A program made the position numbers and the translations under genes. Positions 1-37,088 of a DNA stretch of 64,000 nucleotides are shown here, piece by piece; position 1 is the stretch's first letter, and every line of letters begins with the position of its first letter. The notes beneath the pieces are model-generated. The model did no database searches, was not told the DNA's origin, and was given only the letters and a program-made list of their open reading frames with translations. Origin of the DNA: the human T2T-CHM13v2.0 reference genome, Homo sapiens; assembly GCF_009914755.1 (NCBI RefSeq), contig NC_060936.1. The stretch is one strand, 5' to 3'.

Positions 1-492
1 CTATTACCAAAAAAGTTTCTATAATAAAAAGAGAAACATCACTATTCTAATTGCTGCCCTTACTGCTACTCAGAGGTAACATCCATATATCAATAATATA
101 TACTCTTCTAAATAACAAAAATGGGCTCATAGGGCTCATAATGTCCATTCTATACGGCAATTTGCAATAAATATTTAATATATACAGTGGAGATACTTTC
201 ATGTTAGTATATATATTCTCACCTATTCTTTTAAATGGCTACCCAGTACTCTAATAATAGTAATAAATAATAATAACAACAATACCAGTAGCTTGTATTT
301 ATACAGTGCATCTATGTGCCAGGAACTATTCTAAGTGCTTTACATATACTAATTCATTCAATCCTTACAATAACCCTATGTGGCAAATTCTATACTCTGT
401 CCATTTTACAGAGGAAGGAACTAAGACACATAGATATACCATAATTTATTTTGTCTACTAATGGACATTTAAATTTTTTTTTAAAACATTTA

Positions 493-1210
<718 letters not shown>

Positions 1211-1667
1211 AAATTGTATAGATGGTGCCAAAATGCCCTCCAAGGTGGCTGTAGCAGTTACATACCCCTCGAAGTAGAGGAGAGTGCTAATGTCCCCTCA
1301 TCCCCACTACTCACAGCCTTCACCAGTGCCTCTCCCCTCCTCAGCCTCTCCCTGCGCAGACCCTCACAGCCCACAGGAACCTTCCACACTACAGCGCAGG
1401 CCCCCAGCACCCTCCCTGTGGTGCTGCCTGGGACTCGCTCCCTCACTCAGCCCTGCCTCTCAGAATCCAACCCGGCGTAGGTGTCTGGGCAGAGCCCCAG
1501 AAAGCAATGTAGTGTCCTCACCCCCAGGCTCTCCATGGTCACTTCAGCCCACAGGGGAGATGGGCATGGAGACGAGAGGGATGAAGGATGCCTTGAGAAA
1601 GGAGAGCCCAAATAACCCTCCAAGACAGTTGGAGGCTATATCACCCCAGCGAGCCTCACTGACTCAC

Positions 1668-5072
<3,405 letters not shown>

Positions 5073-5323
5073 CTGTGGCAGAGCAGAGTCATTCCCTACT
5101 CAGCCTGTCAACCCTTCCCGGACCTACCCAGCAGGAGCCTCCTCTCCCAAACGGGCCTGAGGCCCAAACCCTGCAGCTCAGTCTCGGCCTCCAGTGCACA
5201 GACAAGGGCAAGTGAGAGTGCCCAGGGAGAAAACCAGTGGGAACAGGTGGGAGAGAAAAGGCAGTCAGTGCTGAGCAAGTGGACTCTAGTGGCCATTTCC
5301 ACCTAAGGCAGAGACAAGCTTAC

Positions 5324-5366
5324 CTCTCTGCTCAGGAGAGCCGGAGGCAGGGTGCACAGGTAGCTC
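5324..5366 (-). CDS. CSAD: CSAD 43-nt exon: 5'UTR for the main isoform, coding (SYLCTLPPALLSRE) in the N-terminally extended isoform
   Basis: pyrimidine tract + gag| acceptor, GAG|gtaagc donor, in frame with ILMADSE; matches my recall of the long-isoform N-terminus. Confidence 0.8.
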
Positions 5367-5404
5367 CTCAGGACAGCAGGACCAAGATGGCAGAGGAAGT
5401 GGGG

Positions 5405-5618
5405 TGAAAAGTGTACAATTAAGTGTTTTTTTCATAAATTCACAAAGTTGTTGCAACCATCATCACTATCTAACGCCAGAACATTTTCATCACCCAAAAA
5501 AAAACCTCAGTAGCAGTCATTTCCCATTCTCCCCTTCCCCGACCCCTGGCAACTACTAATCTACTTTGTTTCTGTAGATTTGTCTAGTCTGGCCATTTCA
5601 TGTAAAACGGGTCATACA
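5405..5618 (-). mobile_element. L1M (L1MB-like) 3' fragment
   Basis: ccagaacattttcatcacccc..., cctggcaactactaatctacttt... motifs. Confidence 0.7.
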
Positions 5619-5989
<371 letters not shown>

Positions 5990-6052
5990 TTATGGATGAT
6001 TTTTAAGTTTATTATTTATACACATCTATATTTTTATAACTTTATACAATCA

Positions 6053-6392
<340 letters not shown>

Positions 6393-7715
6393 TATATATA
6401 TATATGGAGGAATTAAGGGGGTACAAGAATTCTAAAATATACAAATCATCAGGCTCAAGGAATGTCCCTTGCACATCATGTGGTTTCCCAACTCCTCAAT
6501 CCACTGTTATCAAAGGTCTAATGGAAGGCAAAGGGAGCCACACACTGCTCATCTCTATTACGCAACCCCTCAACCCCCGCTGGCTCTCAGGGAAGGGAAT
6601 GGGTTCAGTTTGTTCAGCAAACATTGACTGAGTGTTGTCTACTTCTGAGCGCCTGGCTGGCATTACCCTAGGTGCTGCATCTGCCCTGTGGGCTCCAGCT
6701 AACAGGCTGGCAAGAGAGACCTGCATGTAAAATAAAGGGAAATTGCCACAAGAGGGAGTTGAGAGGTCACCATGGAAAGGCAGGAAAGTTCAACTGGCCC
6801 AGGACAGGCTTCAAGGACAAAACACTAAGGCTCTCCTTAAGGCAATAGAGAGCTGGTGCAGGAAAAGACTCAGCAGGAGTCATTGCAATGCTATTTGAAT
6901 AAGTGATGGAGTGGGCCTGAGGGAAGAGGGAGTTAGGGAAGGTCACACAGGAGGAGGCCTGCCTGGGGACAAAGGGATCTAGGCAATTGTCTCCTGAAGC
7001 GCTCTCAGCCAGGTTTATGGTTAGAAAGCTAAAGTACTCTGTGCTATCTCCCAATCAACAAACCCTAGTGGCTCCACACCCACATTAATAAAGGCACAAA
7101 CTCTCCTATGTATACAATCTTTTCTCTGCTTCTAGACTGTACTCTCCTGGGTGGAGAGAACTAAGTCTTTTCCTTCATTAAGTAAACTAATAGAAAACAG
7201 GGACCCCTCAAATGTTAGTTTCCATCTTCTTGATTGTCCTCTCCCCTCCCCCAGGGACTTGCACAGAGGCATTACATAAACATTTGTTAAATCAATCAAT
7301 GATTTGCAGGTACTGGAAAAAATGCTGCATTCTACTTACATTTGATTTGCATCAACCAAGAATCTGTAGTAATGATAATAGATTTGCAAAGGGTGTTTTT
7401 CCTTCTCATTTATTATCTTATTTGACCTTCACAATAGTATTAGAAATTAGCCTAAATAGGTATTTATTCATTCTTGTTTTCAAGATGAGGATTCTTAGCT
7501 GAAAGAAGGTGAACTAATTGTCCAAAATTACAAAGGTGACATGGGAACAAGCCTAGATCACTGACTTTCTGACTTTAGGCTACCTCTTCCACTGCATCAC
7601 AGGTCCGTGTGGCATTTCTCACTATTTCTCATCATTGACAAAAATTAACTGCAGCTAAGATAAAGACAGAAACTGAAAATATACAACCATAAGAATACAA
7701 GAAGGGGGGGTGAGG

Positions 7716-8675
<960 letters not shown>

Positions 8676-9129
8676 TAGTGTTGGTTATATTCTTATATTT
8701 TATTTATATAATTTTTGTTTGTTAATCTGACATCTGGTCATGTTGCTGAACTCCATAGTTTTGATACATTGTCAATCGTTTCTCTTTGTAAGATGAATAT
8801 ATATGAAATCAAGGAGGCTTTAGGGTGGCCAGGAGCTCTCCTAAAATCTTAGTTTTAATAGTAAACATCCCTGGCTTGTTCCTAGCAAAGACAGAAATGT
8901 TTCAAATATTTTCCCATAAAGCATGACTTTTGTCTCAAAAGCTGAAAGATAAGTGAAAAAGAGAAAATATTTTAAATGCAGACGACAAAGAATAGTTATT
9001 ATCCATAACACAGACAGGATTTCTACCATCAATAAGAAATATACAAATGATCTACCTTTTTTTAATGGGCAAAGGATATGAACAGACAGTTTACAAAAAC
9101 AATTAAAATGGTCAAAGAGCAATAAAATA

Positions 9130-10747
<1,618 letters not shown>

Positions 10748-11372
10748 GCAAAAAGATAACTATTTAAGGATGTTCATTATTGTATTGTTTATAAAGCAAA
10801 AAAATCTGAAACCTAAATGTTCATCAAGATGGGACAAGGCACACACATAAACTGGAATACTGTGCAACAGTTTTTTAAATGTTAGCTGACTCAGATGTCT
10901 AAAATACACTGTATGGCGCATTACAGGTGCTCAATAAATACTGGTTGAAAAGATTTTTGTATGAACACAGAAAAAAGCCTAAAAGCATATATACCAAACT
11001 GGTAAGAATGATTCCCTTCAGGAGCATGGGATAAGTAGAGGGGGAGAATAACCATTTTGTGTCTTTTATACTTTTGCGTTGTGTCGATTTGTAAAATAAG
11101 TAGGAGCTAATTTTCAAAAAAGATTTAAAAGACTTATTCCTGGTGATGTTTCTTTATCTCTCTCTTTCTCCATTTTGTCTCTATTTTAGAATGATCCTAA
11201 AACACAAAAAACGTACTTTCAATGGCCCAAATCATGGAGTGGCTCAGGGAAATGAAATCTGTCTACAAAAAAAAAAAAGTTGAGAATCCTTGTCTTTTTT
11301 TCATCATACAGTTTTTTTTTTCTTTTGGTATCACCATTACTTCTCCTAAAGTCACGACATAATATCACCTAC

Positions 11373-11404
11373 AGCAGAAATGAGGACTTCAGTGGAATTG
11401 ACAT
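11373..11404 (-). CDS. CSAD: Start of N-terminally extended CSAD isoform (MSIPLKSSFLL) in an alternative upstream exon
   Basis: ATG at 11404, CT|gtaggt donor joins in frame to exon 5366-5324. Confidence 0.7.
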
Positions 11405-12327
11405 CTCCTTCCATCAAGCGCATTTGCAGTCCATCTTTAGCAGGACCTCTCTCTAATGGCTAAGGCTAGGCAGAAGAATTTGAAGACAGTCTGGTTTCCA
11501 TTTTCCTAATGCAGCCTGGCCCAAGAGCCAGGACTCCCATAAGACTAGTCTACTGTGGGAGTCAGGGTCTTTTCCACGTGTGGAGGCTAGTGTTTGATGC
11601 TGGACGGCCTGGAGTAAAGGGCGAAGGGGAGAAGGTAACCAACCAGGCTGGCCTCGGGATTCGCAGAGGAGGGCTGGGGCTTTGACTTCTGCAGGGAGGT
11701 GAGCAGTGTGGCCAAGGGCTACTCAAGGAACGCCTCTGCGAGAATTCAGACTGTGGTTGAGCGCACAAAGCAAGAGTGTGCGAAGAAAAGTTAACGCCTC
11801 TCCCAGCTGACCCCAAAATCTGCTAATCTGGGCCTGACGGAAAAAATTCGGAGAAGAACCACCTCGGCCGAGTTACGTGAAAAGGCTGGGTACGAACTAC
11901 TCTGGCTCTACTTGGGGCGCCGGCTCAGAGCGATGGGCAGGACGTCCGCGAGGAAGAAAGAGTGACGATGATTTTTCAAGGAGTCTGAACCAGCTCACCC
12001 AGCAAACCCTCCTCCCATCGAGCACCCAGCGTACAATCATCGAAGGGCCGAGGGTCCTGCCCTCAGTCTCGATGGCGGCCGGGGCGCGCCCCGGCCACGG
12101 CGCACGCGCCGGCCTCAGCGCTCCCTCCTCCATGCCCTCGGCGCACGGCGCCGCCCACTCACCCAGCTGCACCTCTCCGTGCGTCCCCAAGCTCACCCGC
12201 TCTGAGGCTGCCCCCGCTAGTCTAGCTGCCGAGCCCGGAAGTGGATGCAGCCGCTCGGCGGAGAGGACGAGGGGGAGGGGGAAGTGCTTCCGGGGAAACG
12301 GGCCGGGGTTGGTGTTTGTAAACTTGC

Positions 12328-12505
12328 CTCGGTCCCGGTGGGGGCAGCCGCGGCGGTGGGGTTGGCAGGGTGTGCTGGGGCCTGGAGGAGGCGCCGCGCG
12401 GCCAGGGAGCCAGCGGGAGGCCGCGCCTGGCAGGTAGGAGCAAGCCCCAAAGACCGCAGCGTCGTCCGTACAGACGGCAGCGCTTCAGTAGCTCGCAAGC
12501 CGTGG
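12328..12505 (-). other. CSAD: CSAD non-coding first exon (5' end approximate), GC-type donor
   Basis: GAG|gcaagt donor at 12327 within CpG island; alternative GT donors at 12196 and 12162. Confidence 0.6.
12347..12433 (+). other. ZNF740: ZNF740 non-coding exon 1 (5' end approximate)
   Basis: CAG|gtagga donor at 12434 in CpG island. Confidence 0.6.
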
Positions 12506-13272
12506 GGTGCCGCGCGGGAAGGGGGAGGGGAGGGGAGGAGGGGCGCGTGGCGAAGGGAGGGGGATCTCCGGGGGAGGGAGGGGAAAGGCCGTGCGCGCAC
12601 ACCGCCCCCTGCCCGCGCGTCCCGCCGCGTCCCCGGCCCGGGAGAGGGCTCTCGGAGGGGACGCGGGCGCGAGCACGCATCTCGCGCGCTTCTCGGCACT
12701 CTCCGGCTCTGCTCCCGGTTGGTGCAGCGGGTGCAGAGGCTGGCTGGCCGGAGCGAGGCGGGCGACACGCCGCGCCGGGCTTCGCCTGCCTGTCCTCCAC
12801 CTCCGCAGCAAGTTTCCCTACCTTCGGGCGGACGGGGAGAACGCACACGTGTGGGCACTGCCAGTCCCGTTTCTGCCCGCCACCGAAGCACCCAGCGATG
12901 GCCCTTGAGCTTTCCTCCACCCTAGTCTTGCCGCCTCTGTAAAGTGCGAGCTTTTCGGGCCGGCCCACTGGGCACAAAAGCCCCAAAGGGTCTCCGCCCC
13001 CTTCTTCCATTCCTGAGATGGCAAATCCAAGCAACTTTCCTTTTGGCAGAGTTCCTCCATAGGAGGCCCCAATTACTTTTGCTCCTGTTGGCTTCCACTC
13101 CTTGCCCAGGAGACCAGTTCCTCCTATTGACCTAGAAAGAAAACTCTTCTTGACTCATGTCCTCGTTCTGAGCTTCACAGAGAGCGCCCAGCAAAAAAAA
13201 AATTCATATCGCACGTTGTAATGGCCTGAAGATGTTGCATTTAGCAGCCCCCCTCTTCCTTTCTGGTTTCAG

Positions 13273-13579
13273 GTTTCTGAAACAGATCGTGAGCTTCATC
13301 AAGAGAATTCAACTGGAAAACCAAGACTGGTAGACTCTCTTTTTCTTCAGACAATAGGCAGGAGCCAGGCAGAGTCCAGGGATTCTTGGAACACCTATCT
13401 TTTCTTCGGAGGACACTAAGTTCTATTTGAAGACAAAGTTCAATATGGCAACAGGACTGATGGGACACGAAGGAGTCGCTACCGTGATTTGGTGACAGTT
13501 CTTCAAAACGACAGTGTCTCAAGGAAAGGTGGACCTAGGAACTCCTGAACTTTTGGGTTGCCTTAAGTGAGAAATCAGC

Positions 13580-13588
<9 letters not shown>
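13273..13588 (+). CDS. ZNF740: ZNF740 exon 2: mostly 5'UTR, ends with ATG GCT CAG (MAQ, 13580-13588)
   Basis: ttttctggtttcag| acceptor; agcATGG context; CAG|gtaaaa donor. Confidence 0.8.
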
Positions 13589-19188
<5,600 letters not shown>

Positions 19189-20485
19189 GCGCAAGGGGCC
19201 CCGGGTGGTGGGAGTGATCAGAAGAACCTGCCGAAGAGCACACCCCCTCTGGTCTGATGGTCCCACCACCGCCCCATGTGAACCTGTCCCACTCCTGGAG
19301 GAGTGGACCCAGGAGACCAGAAGAGTGCATCAGGGGACAGTGGCCCCAGAACCTCAGCTCTGTAAATAATCTGAGACTATGAGTATCTCGGGGAAGTTCT
19401 TACAGCATTCCTGGGTAGGGGAGCTAGTCCCTGGACCCTTGGCTGAGGTCATAGGTGGGGACTCAAGGTACAGGACCAAGACTGAAGTGTGGCTCCCACA
19501 ACCTTGGACTCCAGCTGGCAGCTGAAATGGAAAAGATTGGGGAAGGGGATTTGTTTGTTCTGTTCTTGTTTTTGTTTATCCAAAAGCAACTTCAGCGGGT
19601 AAACTGTGGATACAGGTAATCCAGAGGCATAAGAGTCCTGGTCCAAAGTAGGGACTATAGCTGGTCCAGCTCTCCCCAAAAATTGGGTTTTTAGTTGCAG
19701 TAGCTCCTCAGTGTTTCACAATCCTGCACTTCGCCTCCTTTTTGAGGAAGAATAAGGTCAGGAATGGCAGCTGAGCTTACTTTGGCTTCCTTATACACTG
19801 TAGGGACAAAAGGAAAAACGGGGTGGAGCAGACAAGGGCTGGATCCAAAAAGTGGATGGCACCTCTTCCTTCCTCAAGGGAAAAGGAAGAGTTGTGCCAG
19901 TGGGTGTTGTCATGGCCCATGTCACATTGGCACCTGATGGCATCAGCTCAAATGCCTTTAGGAGGAAACTTGGGTGAGAGTGGCCCATGAAGCCCTTTTC
20001 TTCTTTTTTTGGGGAGTCGGTCTTGGAGATGGTATGTGGCTACCTCGCTGCCATTGACTCCTAAAGTGAGACAGATGTGTTGAGCAAGGAGTCATGGAAG
20101 TCAAAGTGGGTTCTCTCTCCTTGTGCCCTCTTAGGAACAACCCAAGACTGGTCCCAAGTTGGCTAACAGCTGCTCAAGAAACAAAGGAATCTGGGGTCTT
20201 CTGACATGCCTGTTGAGCAGTAGGAGCTGTTCTCCCTCCCCAAGTCCTATCACTGTATTCAGGTAGAGGAGGTAGGGAGGGGTCTGTCCTTTGGTCCCAA
20301 AAAACAAGATCTCGGCTTGCTTCCTGATGGCCATCCCTACCCAACAGAGTGTGGGGGATGGGGGTGGGGGTGCTGCAGAGAAAAGACTAAAGAAGAAACC
20401 TAATGTAGGTTCCATTCTTAACCATATTCTTTGCTCCTCTCTGCTCCAATACCACCACCTTGTCCACTCCCAAAAAAGTAATCGG

Positions 20486-20520
20486 GTGTGTGTGTGTGTG
20501 TGAGAGAGAGTGTGTGTGAG
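20486..20520. repeat. (TG)n/(AG)n microsatellite in ZNF740 3'UTR
   Basis: Direct reading. Confidence 0.9.
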
Positions 20521-22435
20521 ATATGAATGCATGTATTTGTATGCTTGCAGGAGATGGCATATTATTGAGCCAAACCCTTCTCTGGCCCTCACCTTCAGGG
20601 AGGATGAGTGGAAAATAGCCTCCTCTTGCCCAAACATGAAGGGTGCTTGAGGTCTCAGCAGGAGCTGAAGAACACAATTTGGGGAACAGAAGGGCTTTTG
20701 TTTTGGAGGGTTTTTTTTTTTAAGATGAATTCAACAGCCTGGTGGTTAGGATGTTTCTAACCCAAGCCAGGGCTTGTGAACATGAATTTTCTAAGGTGAA
20801 ATAAACCTTTTCTTTCTGCTAAAGAAAGAATCCTTATGGGAAGTTTTGGGGTTTGGTTGACCCCCACTGTAACCTGACCTGACCTGTGGCGGGTACGGGA
20901 ACTGTCTTAGTAATCATGGAGACTGGCTGAACCTGAGTGCCAAGCTGTCAGTAGGGTCTGAGATGGGAAACTCCTGAAAGTATGATTTCATTTCCCAGAA
21001 AATGTAAAGAATGGATACCAGCAATGATTCCTGGCTGTTACCTATTCTGGAGGGGTGGGGTTGGGGAGGGGGTTGTCCATACCTCTGTGGTATGAGTATT
21101 TCAGGGAAAAAGAAAGCAGGCATGGCACCCATTCGATTTTCCCTGACAGCATCTGAGATCCTTTTGGGGAGACGCTGAGGAGTGTTTGCTGCCATGTACT
21201 CTTACAGCTCTATGCTGACACTCCCATTTGATGTGGTCCAGAACTTAGACCTCAGTCCTTGGATCAGCCCTGTGGTCCCTGCAAGCAGGGGCATCTTTCT
21301 GCATGTGAGCCAGCCCCCTTCCTGTTCAAGGGTTCTGCTGGATCTGGGCTTTTCCTGTCCTTCACTTCTGGGATGATTCACCCCACATCTTCCAGTACCC
21401 TGTAAACCATTTTAAAATATTTAGAAAACTATCCTCCCAAAAATGCTTTTGAAAATGAGAGCCCTCTGTCCCTGCCACTTACAGCTAGTCTCTTTGGGAT
21501 AGGGGTGTATGTGGAGAGATTCATGTAAGTCTCACATGAGTGACCTGTGCCCCTATGTGTACTAATGTGTGTACTGGGTCAGAAGGTGCCCTGGGTTCCC
21601 ACAGACCTTGGTTTCCTGCCTGGGTGGGTGGGAGGGAGGGAACTTCAGAGAGTATGTGCGAACAGCCATAGCAGAGCCACCCCTGCCAAGGACCCAGTGA
21701 GGGAAACTCAGGAGCAGGTGGTTGGTTCAGTTCCCGCGCTGATGTCTGGGGCAGTGCATGTGTGAGAAGAGAGGCGCAAAGCAGTGAAAGGAGTGATTTG
21801 GCATCCAGAGGGCCCGGGAGCCCCACGGATACCCCAGGGAAGCCACTGACTCACACCGCTGCAGAGGCTCCTGGGCCCAATGCCCGACCCCTGCTGGCCA
21901 GCATGGGGCCTAGCACTGGAAGATGCCTCAGGTGTGTTTGGAGTGGGGGAAACGGAAGTAGGGCACGCTCTCAGAGACCAGGATAGAGAGTCAGGGAACC
22001 TGGGAAAGAGTAGTGCCAGTTCCGGGTAGGCTGCTGCACCAGGCCCTACCAGCTCAGGCTATAAACAGTCTGCTTTGCCCCAAGTCTTTTCCGTCCACCC
22101 CCAACAGCCTTGTCATCACTTAGCTACTGATCACGCCCATGGCTTGACATTGGAGGGTTACATTAGTGGAGTCCGCCACAGCTTCGAACCCTCTCCCCAG
22201 ATGCCCTTTGCCTCTGCTGTGGCCCTGGGGTTTTATCAACTGTCCCCTTCCTATCCTCCTCTCCACCCTGTTTTTTGTTTTTTTTTTTTTTAAATAATAT
22301 TTTGCTATGGGGGAGGGGAATATCAAATGGACAAGATCACTTTTAAATGGTAGTTTTTATAAGATGTTATAAACTTGTATCTTTTTACCATTAAAGTGCA
22401 GTGTATGTTCCTTCGTGATATATTTAGGATATTTA

Positions 22436-22441
22436 AATAAA
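22436..22441 (+). terminator. ZNF740: Poly(A) signal AATAAA for ZNF740 (others: ATTAAA 22390, AATAAA 20800, AATAAA 26714)
   Basis: Hexamer in AU-rich segment with upstream TGTA motifs and downstream T/GT-rich sequence. Confidence 0.65.
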
Positions 22442-22933
22442 AGGAAAATGGGGCTTTTCTACATACTATCTCCTCTTTGGGGAAGCTTTTTCATACTGGT
22501 TTTAGTTGTTTTCCTTTTTTCTCCCTACATAATCACCCCACAACTTCCAGCACCCTATAAGCCATTTTAAAACCCCTTCTCCACAGAGGAACAAGCAAGT
22601 AGGAGCAAAAACAGGGCATCAGTTCTGAGCAAGACGAAAAAGCACACGCAGCAGGACGGAAGGAGGCTAGACACCAACAGATGCAGTGTCTCTGACCTGG
22701 GACCCCCCTGCATCCGCAGCACTTGAGAATTCATAGGCCCTTTCCAGACCTGGCTTCCTGGGTCCCAGGGTGCACCCCGGGAGTTTCCTGCACATTCGCG
22801 CTTGGGCACCTCTCCCTGCCCTCAGGTGGCAAGAGGAGGATGGACAAGAGCTTTCCCGAGGCCCAGGCTATAAACAGTCTGCTTTGGCCTTGATGAGGTA
22901 AAGCAAAGTGACAGCTGTGGTCTGAGGTAAGAC

Positions 22934-22939
22934 TTTATT
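22934..22939 (-). terminator. ITGB7: Poly(A) signal AATAAA of ITGB7
   Basis: tttatt on + strand ~215 nt past the ITGB7 stop. Confidence 0.85.
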
Positions 22940-23153
22940 GTATACTTGGGTGGGGTAGCCCAGATGGATGCAAGGTTGCAGGCATGGGAAGCAGCCCTCT
23001 TGGGTGTCACTCTGAAAATGAAGTAGGGTGGTGGCCGCACCTCGCCAGTGAATTAGTCCCCTACCAAGGTCTTACAGACCCACCCTTCCTCTCACCCTCC
23101 AGTTCCCACTGTCCTCCAAGGAGAAGAGCCTTGGGTAAGTGTCCCTCCCTCCT

Positions 23154-32041
<8,888 letters not shown>

Positions 32042-32245
32042 GCCCTGTAATAGGATATAAAGGGGGACATGTGGGTCCTCAGGGAGGACTCTCAAACTCT
32101 CAGTCCTCTAAACTTAGCTTGTGGTTATCACTCTCAAAACTCTGCCCCAACACTTTATCTCCCCTCATAGTTTCACTTCCCCTGTGGATTCAGCAGTTTC
32201 TTCAAAATAATGGGAAGGAGCAGGTATCACGCAAAGGTAGGGGCC

Positions 32246-32661
<416 letters not shown>

Positions 32662-32669
32662 CTATTTAC

Positions 32670-32792
32670 CGAGATCCCAAGCCGTAGTGGTAGAAGAGCC
32701 AAACAGGAAACAGACCAGATTCTGGTGCTGCTGCAGTCACTCACTGGCTGTGGGGCAAGTCAGACTTTCTCTCTGGGCTTTAGTTTCCACAT
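32670..32792 (-). other. ITGB7: ITGB7 non-coding exon 2 (partly MIR-derived)
   Basis: tttgcag|ATGTGGAAAC acceptor and TCG|gtaaat donor; MIR core similarity. Confidence 0.7.
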
Positions 32793-33224
32793 CTGCAAAG
32801 TGGAGAAGTTGAATAAATAGTCTGACATACTTGGCGGCTTTTACAATCTTGGATTCTAAATAAGAGAAGAGGGTCAGTGACTGGGAATTAAAGAAAAGAA
32901 AGCTGGAGCAGATGAGGGAGTGTGTGAAAGAGTCAAGGAAGAATAGTTCTGCTTGGTTGACATGGTAGCAAGAGGAATGAAGATTAGACCACAAGAACTC
33001 TCTGCAGGTCTGGGATAAGGGGAGAAAGGCCAGTGTTGGCAAAAAAATTTTCTACTTTCTGTACTTTGCACAAAGATAATCTAGATTGAAGAAAGAGCCT
33101 GGAGACAGGGTAATACCTTGAGTGACCTTCAGGAAAGCCAAGCAAATTCCTGATTTTAAAAAAACATATTAATTTTTTAAAATGAGCAGGTAATTCATTT
33201 ACCACGCTTCATAAGTCAAAAAGT

Positions 33225-36320
<3,096 letters not shown>

Positions 36321-36429
36321 AAAAGTTAAATAAGATGGTGAGAAATCTCCTACTCCATATGCCATACCCAGTTCCCACACCTACCCTAAATAAATATCAT
36401 TTACTACTATCTTTGTTTCTTTTTTCTTT

Positions 36430-37088
<659 letters not shown>

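Larger units (their letters stand above)
11870..13000. promoter_or_regulatory. CpG island / bidirectional promoter CSAD-ZNF740
   Basis: Very high GC and CpG density between divergent genes; ETS/GABP site CCGGAAGTG at 12235-12243; G-run cluster 12516-12585. Confidence 0.9.

Noticed and set aside
1258-1446. ORF with VPGSTTGRVLGAC, reminiscent of the next CSAD exon motif (SGTTVLGAFD)
   Set aside because: Similarity limited to a few residues, lacks the FDPL and WLHVD motifs and a clear in-frame splice pair; treated as chance. The real exon should lie beyond the window start.
11877-13034. Overlapping 186-270 aa ORFs on both strands
   Set aside because: Stop-codon depletion in a CpG island; low-complexity R/G/P/A, no domain.
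13273-13547. One frame of ZNF740 exon 2 open for ~90 codons with a single TAA (possible decayed coding exon)
   Set aside because: No ATG, out of frame with ZNF740, no recognisable homology; needs cross-species codon analysis.
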